DNA of 59,687 nt, the filler included, from Bonamia ostreae (lineage: Eukaryota), in the NCBI GenBank assembly GCA_040357525.1. It is 5 parts of 5 records of this genome, joined end to end, with 100 filler letters (N's around TTAATTAATTAA, not from the genome) between each part and the next. Parts side by side here need not be neighbours in the genome. Positions count along the whole stretch, not along the records: positions 48,052 to 59,687 come from JBDODL010000022.1; 4 more parts are not named here. One strand, given 5' to 3'. A program made the translations under genes and the position numbers. Below are positions 49,600 through 59,687 of this stretch, piece after piece; positions within the stretch are counted from its first letter, which is position 1; every line of letters starts with the position of its first letter. The notes beneath the pieces are model-generated. The model had not been told where the DNA came from. It searched no databases and saw only the letters and a list, made by a program, of their open reading frames with translations.

Positions 49600-49849
49600 T
49601 TATAAAATTTTTGTAAATCCAAATTTTTTGCTGCAATAAATTTTTTGCAACATTAAATTTCCAACATAAAACTATTGTAATTTTTAAATCCGAAACAGCT
49701 AAACAAAAGATGCTGCCACAATTATTTCCAGAAATCCAAAACAAAATCAACGAAAAGCAAAAATTCGAACACTTAAAAATGTCTTTATTTTCTGTTAAAA
49801 TATTTTGGGCAAAATAAAAAATTGACAAAATGAATAAGCGATTTAATAT

Positions 49850-50893
49850 TCAAACAAGATAGTAAAAGAAATCTTTATCAAGATTATTGTAAGTCAAAAG
49901 GACTTTTCTATTCATTGGCTCTTCTCTCTCCGTATAGTGATAAATTTGAATAATAAGAGCGACGCCCAAAATAAAAGCAGCCGAGCGCAATAAAAAAATA
50001 GTTCTGTATTTGTCATCCTCTCCGTCTTCGACAATATACTGTTTCATCACAACCTTTTTATCTTCTCCGTCAATCTTTTCAAATTTGGTCTCAGACTTGA
50101 CCAATTTTGCGTTATGTTGCGCAAAAAAATTTTCTTCCGTCGAAATTCCTTTGGCGTTAAGAAGAATGCCAGAAACCATATTTTCGAGGTCGTCTTTGCC
50201 TTCAATGTCATTGTTGTCTTTACTAATATTTTCGGTCGCTTGTACAAAATCATTGTTGCCGAGTACTTCTTTGCCTTTCAGTTTTGGTTTTAGAATTTGA
50301 GGTTCTTTTGCTCTTTTGAGTTTGTTCATTTCTTCTTTCGAGATCGGAGCCATATCGTCTTCTTTAAATGTTTCCTGTTTTTTGTCGTCGACGGCGTCGT
50401 AAATAACTTTTTTGATGTTCTTTTTCTTGTTGTTTGGGCTGTAGCTTTCCATCAAAAATTCTTTGTCGTCGTCTTCTTCAACTTCGTTTTCGCTGTCGTT
50501 TTTGTTTTTGTTTTGGCTGTTGTCATCATCTTCGTTTTCGTCGTCGTCGTCCTCATTTTTATTTTCGTTTTTGTTTTTGTTTTTGTTTTGGCTGTTGTCA
50601 TCATCTTCGTTTTCGTCGTCGTCCTCATTTTTATTTTCGTTTTCGTTTTTGTTATCTTCGACATTGTTTTCGGTGTCATCGTCGTCGTCAGGATCACTAT
50701 TATTATTGGACATTTCAAATTCATCTTCAGTGTAGTCATCATTGTTTTTTACTAGATTTTCTTTGGCGTAACTTCCGTATCCCAGCATATTCTTAATATT
50801 GTTGAAGCGTGCTTCGATCGAATGAGGGTTTTGGTAAGTGAGACGCAAACAAACAAATGACAACAATATAATCAAAACTTTGTTTTTGCTCAT
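49850..50893 (-). CDS. type I membrane protein with Asp/Asn/Glu-rich repeats
   Basis: Signal peptide, repeated NENKNEDDDENEDDDNSQNKNKN, C-terminal TM SAAFILGVALIIQIY. Confidence 0.75.
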   Translation of the reverse strand: MSKNKVLIILLSFVCLRLTYQNPHSIEARFNNIKNMLGYGSYAKENLVKNNDDYTEDEFEMSNNNSDPDDDDDTENNVEDNKNENENKNEDDDENEDDDNSQNKNKNKNENKNEDDDDENEDDDNSQNKNKNDSENEVEEDDDKEFLMESYSPNNKKKNIKKVIYDAVDDKKQETFKEDDMAPISKEEMNKLKRAKEPQILKPKLKGKEVLGNNDFVQATENISKDNNDIEGKDDLENMVSGILLNAKGISTEENFFAQHNAKLVKSETKFEKIDGEDKKVVMKQYIVEDGEDDKYRTIFLLRSAAFILGVALIIQIYHYTEREEPMNRKVLLTYNNLDKDFFYYLV

Positions 50894-50991
50894 TAATATT
50901 TTTGTTAATAGTTTTCGATATATTTTTATACCATAGTTTAAAGCTTTTATATATATTTAGAGCTTAAAAATATTAAGTTATTTCAATAAAA

Positions 50992-53900
50992 ATGCGTTTG
51001 AATAGAATTTTGAGCTTTACTTTTTTCCTTTTTCTTTTTAATCTTAGGCAAAGGATGGCGTATTTTCTACCGGGGGTTTTCATTTTTTACAAAATTAGGT
51101 TGCGCCTCGTCTGTACGATCCCAACGAAGAAATTCCTCTAAAAACATTAAAACTGACATCTCATCACACTCAAATGCCATACGATTTTTACTACCTCAAA
51201 TTTTGTCGGCCGGGCACCATTTTGCGTGTTTCCGAAAGTTTGGGCGAACTTCTCAATGGCGACATTATCCAAAACACTCCTTACTCCGTATCTCAATTTT
51301 GCAAATTTTTTGTCATTTTCAAATTAAACCACAAAACGTAAAACTTTGAAAAATAGATAAAAAAGAGCGAACAGAAAAAATGCCAAACAGTCTGCAGAAC
51401 ATCATTAAACAAGGAAGACACACAAAAATTTGCCTATATGATCGATAATGATTACAGAGTTCAATGGCTGCTCGATAATTTGGCAGCCGTTGAAACTTTC
51501 GAAAACGGGCAAAAGAGATATAAAAAAGGATTCCAAATCGGATACAAATTTGTACATTTTTACAAAAACATTTAAAATCCAAAAATTTGAACAAAAATTT
51601 AAAATCCAAAAATGTTCGTCCAAATCAAATTTGTTTAAAAAAATAGCACGACAAATATTATCTGAACAACCACGTCGACATAACCATTCGTTATCATCCC
51701 AAAAAATCCTCCAAAGAGGAAAAGTTTACAATAGTCGGATTCGAAGTTAAACCGGAAAGCCATTCCAATGACAAAAATTGCACATTTGACCAAAACAAAA
51801 AATTTTCTTTTGAACATAACAAACCGACAAATATCACTTTCACTTATTCTGTTCATTTTGAGGTTCTTAAACAATAGTAACCATTAATTCTGTTCATTAA
51901 CGAAAAAGCCATTTTAATCAAAGTCATTTTAATATCAATTTTAAAAGAAATCGGAAACGGAATGGTCCGCCCGTTGGGAGCCCTACGCGCAAATCCCAAA
52001 CCAAAACATCCATTTATTCTCTTTTATCAACTCTATTATCCCAGTCATCACTTTAATGGTCGTAGTCGCTTACATTTTAATGCGCACTCTCAAAAAAGAC
52101 TTTTTCGCGTACAACGTTTTAGCGGAAGACCCGGAAAGCAGGTTAGAAGAAAAAGGGTGGAAATTAGTTCATGGCGACGTGTTTCGACCGCCAAAACACT
52201 CGACAGCGCTTTCTATAGCGATTGGGTCGGGTTTTCAGATCGGAGCAATGCTTTTGCTGATGATATTTTTGTTGGTTACAAAAGTTGTTACGCCGATAAA
52301 AAGAGGGAGTATTGTGAACGCGTTTCTGTTCTTGTTCTTGTTGATGACTTATTTTAGTGGACTGTTTTCGAGTATGATGAACAAAATGTTTGGAAAATCG
52401 AATTATAAGTTGATTGCTTTTTATGTTTTTTGTGTTTTTAAACGCAATTTTTTTGCGATTTTTTTGTTGTAATTTTTTTGCGATATTTTTGTTTTAATTT
52501 TTTTGCGATATTTTTGTTTTAATTTTTTTGCGATTTTTTTGTTGTAATTTTTTTTTTGCGATTTTATTGTTGTAATTTATTTTTGCGATTTTTTTGTTGT
52601 AATTTTTTTGCGATTTTATTGTTGTAATTTTTTTTTGCGATTTTTTTGTTGTAATTTTTTTGCGATTTTTTTGTTGTAATTTTTTTTGCGATTTTTTTGT
52701 TGTAATTTNNNNNNNNNNNNNNNNNNNNNNNNNNNNNNNNNNNNNNNNNNNNNNNNNNNNNNNNNNNNNNNNNNNNNNNNNNNNNNNNNNNNNNNNNNNN
52801 NNNNNNNNATTTTTTTGCGATTTTTTTGTTGTAATTTTTTTTGCGATTTTTTTGTTGTAATTTATTTTTGCGATTTTTTTGTTGTAATTTATTTTTGCGA
52901 TTTTTTTGTTGTAATTTTTTTTGCGATTTTATTGTTGTAATTTTTTTTGCGATTTTTTTTTGCGATTTTTTTGCGATTTTTTTGTTGTAATTTTTTTTGC
53001 GATTTTTTTGTTGTAATTTTTTTTGCGATTTTTGTTGTTGTACTTTTTATGCGATTTTTTGTAAATTTTTTTTGTAATTTTTTTTTTGCTATTTTTGTAA
53101 CTTTTTATGCGAGTTTTTGTTATTTTTTTGTAAATTTATTTTGAATTTTTTTTTGCAATTTAAACGTTTAGTTGTTATCAAATTTTATTATATTAAAAAA
53201 CTCGATTTGTAATCAATTAATTTTGCAAAATATCATTACATTTTTATAAAGTTAAATTTGTTAATTTTGTTTATTAAAGATTTAATTTTGCATTTAAAAA
53301 GCGATTTGAAATTTTTCATATTTTTAAATCACAAAAAGAGTTCATTATTATACCCGGGAATAAATTTCAGCGTCTTTCTAATTTTAGAATTCATTCTTTG
53401 GAGCCAAGGTTCTTCCGGAGCAGTATCCTTTTTTGTTCTTTTCAAACTATTTTTTCTTTGGATTTGCATTTCAGTTCCGTTATCTATTTATGGTGCGTAC
53501 AGAGGCAATCTAGCGACTAAAATCAAAACCGTTACAAAAGTTAATTTGATTCCTAGACAGGTTTTCTCTAAATTTCCAAATCAGTATTTTTGATCAAATA
53601 ACGATTAACGCAAAAAATTATTTTTAAATAAATTATTTCGTACAAAAGCTAAATTTTAATGCTTAGATTCCAAAAAATGCAAACAAAATTTCAAGAACTG
53701 TCAAAATTTTATGCGCTGGAATTCTCCCGTTTCTCGCAGCTTTTGTTGAAATTTACTATTTGATGAACTCGATTTGGTTGGACAGATTTTATTTTATGGT
53801 CGGAGGGTTCATTCTGATTTTTTCTATTCTCACGATTATCAGTTGCGAAATTACTATTATTTTGTGTTATTTGCAACTCTGCAAAGAAGTTCTAAATTTG

Positions 53901-54387
53901 CTTTTTAGTTCAAACTTTATAATTAGACTTTTAAATTATTTGAAAAATTTCAAAAAAAACTGCGAAAATTCAATTAAAAAATTGATAAAAAAAATTCAAA
54001 AAATACCAAAAATTTAATAAAAAAATTCAAAAAATACCGAAAATTTAATAAAAATTGCAAAAAATCGAAAATTTAAAAACTTAAAAATTAGAAATAATCA
54101 TTTTTCAATTTTATAATTTCGTTTATTTGAACTAATCGTTATAAAAGGACTACAATTGGTGGTGGAATGCATTTTTAAGCTCGGGATCGAGTGGAATTTG
54201 TTTATTTTTTTACGGGATTTATTATGGCATTTTCAATTTGCATATAAGCCATTTTGCACCTTTTGTTTTGTATATTGGCTACATGAGCTTGATTTCATTT
54301 ACTCTTTTTCTTTTGACGGGTACTATTGGAGTCGTGGCTGCATTTTTGTTCATCAGCAAGATATATTCGTCGATTAAAATTGATTGA
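50992..54387 (+). CDS. transmembrane 9 superfamily protein (EMP70/TM9SF2-4 type), multi-exon
   Basis: YFLPGVAP, KLTSHHTQMPYDFY, GWKLVHGDVFRPP, GILPF, DYNWWW, C-terminal IYSSIKID. Confidence 0.95.
52446..53060. repeat. intronic satellite, about 26-27 bp unit, spans N gap
   Basis: TTTTTGCGATTTTTTTGTTGTAAT repeated more than 15 times. Confidence 0.95.
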
Positions 54388-54706
54388 TTTTTTATTCAAA
54401 ATTTTTCCAATTTAATATTCAAAAAAAATTTGTTTAGATAAAAAAAATTGCAAAACTTTATCCAAAAAATTCCATTAAAAAACTTTAACCTAAAAGAATC
54501 AAAATTCTAGAAATAAATATCTAAAATCAATTAAAAATTGACTAAAGAATATTTTTATGTAATTTTAAAGTATATTTGCAATAGTTTATCGATTAAAAGT
54601 AAAATTACAAAAATTAATCGATTAAAATTTTTGTATGTTTTAAGACAAAAAATTTTAATCGAAACACATTTTTCGTTTCAAAAGTAAAACTTGTTTTTCA
54701 GATAAT

Positions 54707-56295
54707 ATGGAGATTCCACCGGTTACAAAAACAGGAAAAGCAAAGTAATTATTTGCAAACGTTAAAAGTTTAAAGTATCTCAAAGAGCAGTTTGCAGACT
54801 TTTCTGGACATCATTTCGTCGTTTACTATAACTATTTAAACGCCAAGAATTGCATAATGGAAGTTGCGATTTTCAACAACAATCCGTATCTTCTTGTCAA
54901 TGGAATTTGTAGCGTTAAATTGATAAGATACATCAAACATTTTGGTACAACCTTTTATATTCCAAAAATTCGTGGTTTTAGCAATTTTAACGAAATTCAT
55001 AATCGCGTTACTCTCTGGTACGATGTTTGCAAAGGAGGAACTTTGATGTTTTTAAATAACAGTCCATTTGTATTCTTAACAAAGAAACGGCGAAATGATT
55101 TGGAAATAAAACTAAAATTTAAAGAGATCATTTGAGTGCATTTAACGATGAAAACCAATTTGATAAACTTTGGTATAGTCTTCAATCGTTAATAAAGTGT
55201 TTTTCCGATAAAGAAATTGTTCTCGACTCTTTGAAAATAGTCGATTTTGGCTTTGATGCTTCTGGGAATTTGTGTTTAACTAATTTGACTGCAATAACAG
55301 AAATCAGAGACGATAATGCTGCAATGAAAAACGATTTAAATTTGATGAGAATGTTAACAAAAATTCTTGAGTTAAACCCAAAATTAAATACTCGCATTAA
55401 AAATATAATTGATGGCTTCCAATACTTTATAGACCATAATCATAATACTGCCGTATTTCTAAATTGTTCTGATCCTCCTTTGCCAACGCTAAATGTTGAA
55501 AAATATACAAAATATGTGTTGGGATGTTCTTTCGGATATGAATTGGATCTCGGTTTGTGGAAAATCGTAGATCAGTTGAAAAGTCTTGAATATTCTAACA
55601 TTTCACAAAACTTGGATTCGACCAACAGAATGGTCGAGTATAATGGAGAGATATTTTTCGTATCTTCAGACAACTCCAATTTGAACACAGAAATAGTTAG
55701 CCTTGTTTTGAATGAGTTGAACCCGTATTTGACTTTGAGTGGCTACAGTTTTAACGAAAGGAAAGAATTGTGTTTATGGCACAAATTTCCCAAAGGAGGA
55801 AAGTTGACAAGTCAGAATTTGGCTAGAGCGGATGTTACAACACTGAAAAAGATAATTTTGTGTATGGCTGAACTGATTTTGATTTTTAGTCAACAAAACA
55901 TTTTTGTCGAAAATTTAAGTATTGGCGATTTTTGTGTGCATCAAGATGGTTATTTGTGTTTTTATAGTGTTTCGAAATTATATACAAGCACAAACATTGG
56001 AAGATTGGCGACATTTGAAAAACTTTCTATGGCTTTGTCGTCTCTAAAGAATCCTTTAAAAACTTTCTTGGGAATGTTGCGTTTGGGGAGAAAACTCATT
56101 TATTTTTGCAAATACATAAAAAATATAATGTTATTGGGCCAAAAATTGAACTTAGTTAAAGGGATTGATATGAAACATTTGAAAACAGGTAAAATGGAAG
56201 TTTTTAAAGAAGTCAAAGATTGTTATAATGATATTTCCAAGAAACCTTCTACAGTCAAAGTATCTATAAGCGATATTAAATATCTGTTATATTGA
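54707..56295 (+). CDS. tandem degenerate protein-kinase-like (pseudokinase) protein; 3' end may splice to 56359
   Basis: Two copies of subdomain V-VII-like blocks; intron 55048-55124 gives CKGGTLIDHL. Confidence 0.55.
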
Positions 56296-56476
56296 CACAT
56301 TTTTAAGACATATACAAAAAAATTTTCGTCTCGCACGGAATATCTTCGCAACTATAAATAATTTCAATGATAATTTGCAATTTTTTAAATTTTTAAAAAC
56401 TTTTGAATATTTTCCTTTAAAAATGAATAAAAAATTTTAGTAAAGTTTATATATAATAATTTTTTCTAAACTTAAA

Positions 56477-56548
56477 CTCACCATAGCTCAGCGGCAGAGC
56501 GGAGGATTGTAGCTCCTTAGGTCGTTGGTTCAAATCCGACTGGTGAGA
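56477..56548 (+). tRNA. tRNA-Tyr(GTA), intronless
   Basis: CTCACCA/TGGTGAG-A (C1:G72, A73); anticodon arm GAGGA-TTGTAGC-TCCTT; followed by a T run (Pol III terminator). Confidence 0.95.
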
Positions 56549-56628
56549 TTTTTTTGAAATTAATAATTTTCATATAACCCAATTTACCATTTTTTCTAAA
56601 GTTTTACAAAGACTAAATTTTGCTTTTA

Positions 56629-59570
56629 ATGGTAGATAATGACTCAAATGGACAAAAAAGCGATAATACAAAAAAAGTCGACATAGCAATCGTTTCCGAT
56701 AAAATTGATCCGGAAACTGAAAAAGACCAAAATCAAAAGGAAAAAACGATCCAATTTCAGAAAAGCACAAACAAACGAAAAAAACCTCTCATTGACGATT
56801 CCATTCAAACAAATAAAAAACTCGCCTTTGAAAGCTCTACTCCAACTCTTTCCGGATTAAAAACAAGCGAACAAAATTCAAACAACGAATCACTAAAAAT
56901 CGATAAAAGCAATAATAACGAACATAAAAACAACAACGAGCCCGACGAAAAAAACCAAAATAAAAATTCGATTGATTTAACCGATTCCAACAAATATGTC
57001 GAGGAACTGGAATCAGAATATCGATCGATCCAAACAGAACAAGAAAATATTCCTGACGACGTTGCCAAAATTTCTGCTTACTTGAATAACGAAAATTTGA
57101 TTGAAGACGTCAACAAAATACAATCGCAAAATTTAGTTCAAGAAAATCCAGTTTTGGCCCAAAATAAGTCTTTAAACTTTGACCAAAACAACGAAACAAT
57201 GGCTTATCAACAAGGTCCCTTCGACCAACAACCATATTTTCAAAACCAAAGCAATTTTCAAAGTGTCCAAAATCAACAGAATTTTCCGCAAAATGTTAAA
57301 TTCAAAATAACAACTAATTAATTTTGAAATAATTCAATTTTAGCAATTGGGAATGCAAGAAACGCCAAACAATTACCAGATTTCCGGAAATGCTCAGAAC
57401 AATGTCTTCAACTCGATGGACCAATTTGAAGCACTAATTGAACAATGTGGACCAGATGAATTCAAAGCTGAAATGGAAGTGCCGTCGCAAATAAAAAATG
57501 AGCCTACGTTAAACTTCGTCGGGATGATGATAGGGCCAGGCGGTTACACACAGAAGCAGATGGAAAAATCTTCTGGTTGTAGCATTACAGTGTTTTTAGT
57601 TGTTACTTTACTTCAAAAGCAAAATGTTCGTTAAAATTTTTAAATTTAAAAACGATTTTTGAATAAAATTTAAAATTAGCAAATTTAAACTAATTTTGAT
57701 TTTTATTTTTTTTAATTTAAACTAATTTTAAAATTGACAAATTTTAATTAACATTTAGTCGAGGAAGTGGTTCAGCTCGCCACAACACCCCTCTCGACTC
57801 TCATCGGCCGATGTACGTTTTGGTAAAATCAAATCATGTCGCCAACGTCCGCACCGGAATTGCCATCGTCAGCGAACTACTTAACGACAAAAGCAAACGC
57901 GACGCCCTCCGCGCACAGCAAATGGCGATGCGAAACGCTAATCTGAACAACTCCGCGCAAAACTACGCAAACCCAGCTTTCTACATGCGACAAGTCGGTC
58001 AAATGAACGGTCCGCCCAGTTTCCCGGCGATGTCACAGCAAACAATGTCGTCAAATCGCTCTCCGTTCCAAAACGCGTTCAAAGTAAGTTATCTCGGCGA
58101 CGGACAAATCGTCGAGTCGATAATAATTCCGGCAGCGAAAGCGGTGTTGTTGTCGGAAAACAATAATGCGATCTGCGAGGAAGTCGGATATTATTCGAGT
58201 GTTCGAATAGAGATAAAGGATGTCCCGGGGAATCAGACTTTGATGGAGCTTATTTTGCAAGGTACGAAAGAACAAGTTTCTATTGCGAGGACAAAGTTGC
58301 AAGCCTATATGGACAATGATGTTTTATTTTTGTTTTTCGACTTATTTTTGTTTTATTTTTTGTTTTTAATTAACAATTTTGAAATTTGACAATTTTTATT
58401 TTTTCAAATTCGACAAATTTAATATTATTTTTCAAATTCGACAAATTTTATTTTATTTTTCAAATTTGTCAAATTTATTTTTGCTCAAAATTTTTATTTT
58501 ATTTTTCAAATTTGTCAAATTTATTTTTGCTCAAAATTTTTATTTTATTTTTCAAATTCGACAAATTTATTTTATTTTTCAAATTCATCAAATTTAATTT
58601 ATTTGTCAAATTTGTCAAAATTTTCAAATTAACATTTGATAACAAAAAGCCAAATGAACTACCTCAAGATTCTTCTGATTTTGTAATGATTCCAAATACA
58701 GTTGTAGGACTACTTATTGGAAAGAACGGAGAGACGATTAAAAAATTCATGTCGGACACTAGTTGCAAAATTAAAGTTGTTCCGGAATATCTGTCGAACC
58801 CGGAAAAGGCTGAAAGAAAAATTTTGCTCGAAGGAAACACAAATCAAGTGGCCAATGCCAAATTTGTCATTAACGATCTTGTCAACGTTTTCGATCTTAA
58901 ATTTCACCAATCGCAAATTCCAACTTTTATTTTTAAAAGAAACATAAAACGTCTAATTACACAACAGCGAATACAGGACAAACGCGAGTAGAAGTTGTTT
59001 CGATTCCTTGTGGATGCATCGGCATTTTAATAGGCAAAGGAGGAGAAACCATTCGGGCACTCGGCCAAAGAACGAGTTGTCGCGTTCAAGTCGTACAATA
59101 TGTTTTCATCACAATTAGTAAAATATTTTACCAAATCGCTGCAAAAAATAAAGGATGAAAATCAGTTATTTCCAGGCGGCGTAATCCAGAACCAGAATCT
59201 GCGACATGTTTCTCTCCGCGGGGACGAGACTTCGCTTAAAAAAGCTAAAATCGAAATTCAAGCGATTATCAATGAACATGCGCATCGCAACAACTACGAA
59301 GCGCCACGACTCGAAAACGACTTCGGAGATCCCCATTTGGGTCTGACTGAAGACCAGTACCAAAAGTACTTGGACCAAATGAAGGCTCATTTCAATATGG
59401 AAAAGGATCAGGTCCATGAATATTACCACAGAGTGATGTCAGAAATAGCTAGAGAGCCGGCTGAATATGCCGCTCAAGTTAGGCAGTACATGCAGCAAAC
59501 TGTGCAGCAGCCCGCGCCGCAATGGGGCGGAACTCAATGGGGTCAACAACCATATGGACAGCAATGGTAG
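56629..59570 (+). CDS. multi-KH-domain RNA-binding protein, multi-exon
   Basis: NFVGMMIGPGGYTQKQMEKSSGC..RGSGS, VGLLIGKNGETIK, IGILIGKGGETIR, plus one degenerate KH; Gln-rich tail. Confidence 0.88.
58385..58625. repeat. intronic AT-rich tandem repeats (about 24-46 bp units)
   Basis: TTTCAAATTCGACAAATTT and TTTCAAATTTGTCAAATTTATTTTTGCTCAAAA recur. Confidence 0.75.
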
Positions 59571-59687
59571 CTGCTTGAATTTGAAAAGATGTTTACCTGT
59601 CACTTTTTTAATCTGATTCTGTTACAGCTATATCAGATTGATGTTCGTTGCTTTTTAAATCATTTCCCGGAGTTAATGTCTTGAGTA

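Noticed and set aside
52446-53060. Regular repeats as a CRISPR array
   Set aside because: Head-to-tail units with no unique spacers, inside a eukaryotic intron, and no cas genes.

Overview
Eukaryotic nuclear DNA from a very compact, AT-rich, intron-rich protist genome. A reduced parasite such as an ascetosporean/haplosporidian is my inference from gene density and intron size, not something the sequence proves. The window is five unlinked scaffolds of about 12 kb, joined by artificial N44-TTAATTAATTAA-N44 spacers in order of decreasing size, so gene order across spacers means nothing. Recognisable genes: RPL11, ALG2, ALG14, glutathione synthetase, nucleoplasmin-like FKBP, Crooked neck, RhoGDI, a NASP/Sim3-like protein, Yippee, UDP-sugar pyrophosphorylase, PITP, P5A-ATPase, a Kv-type K+ channel, Vps54, a GPH/MFS transporter, Hsp10, an MLH3 C-terminal domain, TM9SF, a multi-KH protein, tRNA-Ala(AGC) and tRNA-Tyr(GTA). 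Most notable observations: (1) tiny 19-27 nt introns with GTT donors, AAG/GAG acceptors and one GC-AG intron; (2) a candidate tRNA-derived SINE or structured RNA with two copies on different scaffolds; (3) an MLH3 endonuclease domain with no ATPase half; (4) an intronless tRNA-Tyr and a tRNA-Ala with C33; (5) orphan proteins, namely a tandem paralogue pair, a tandem pseudokinase and a secreted 2x6-Cys protein. Exon boundaries were reconstructed by hand and need RNA-seq confirmation.
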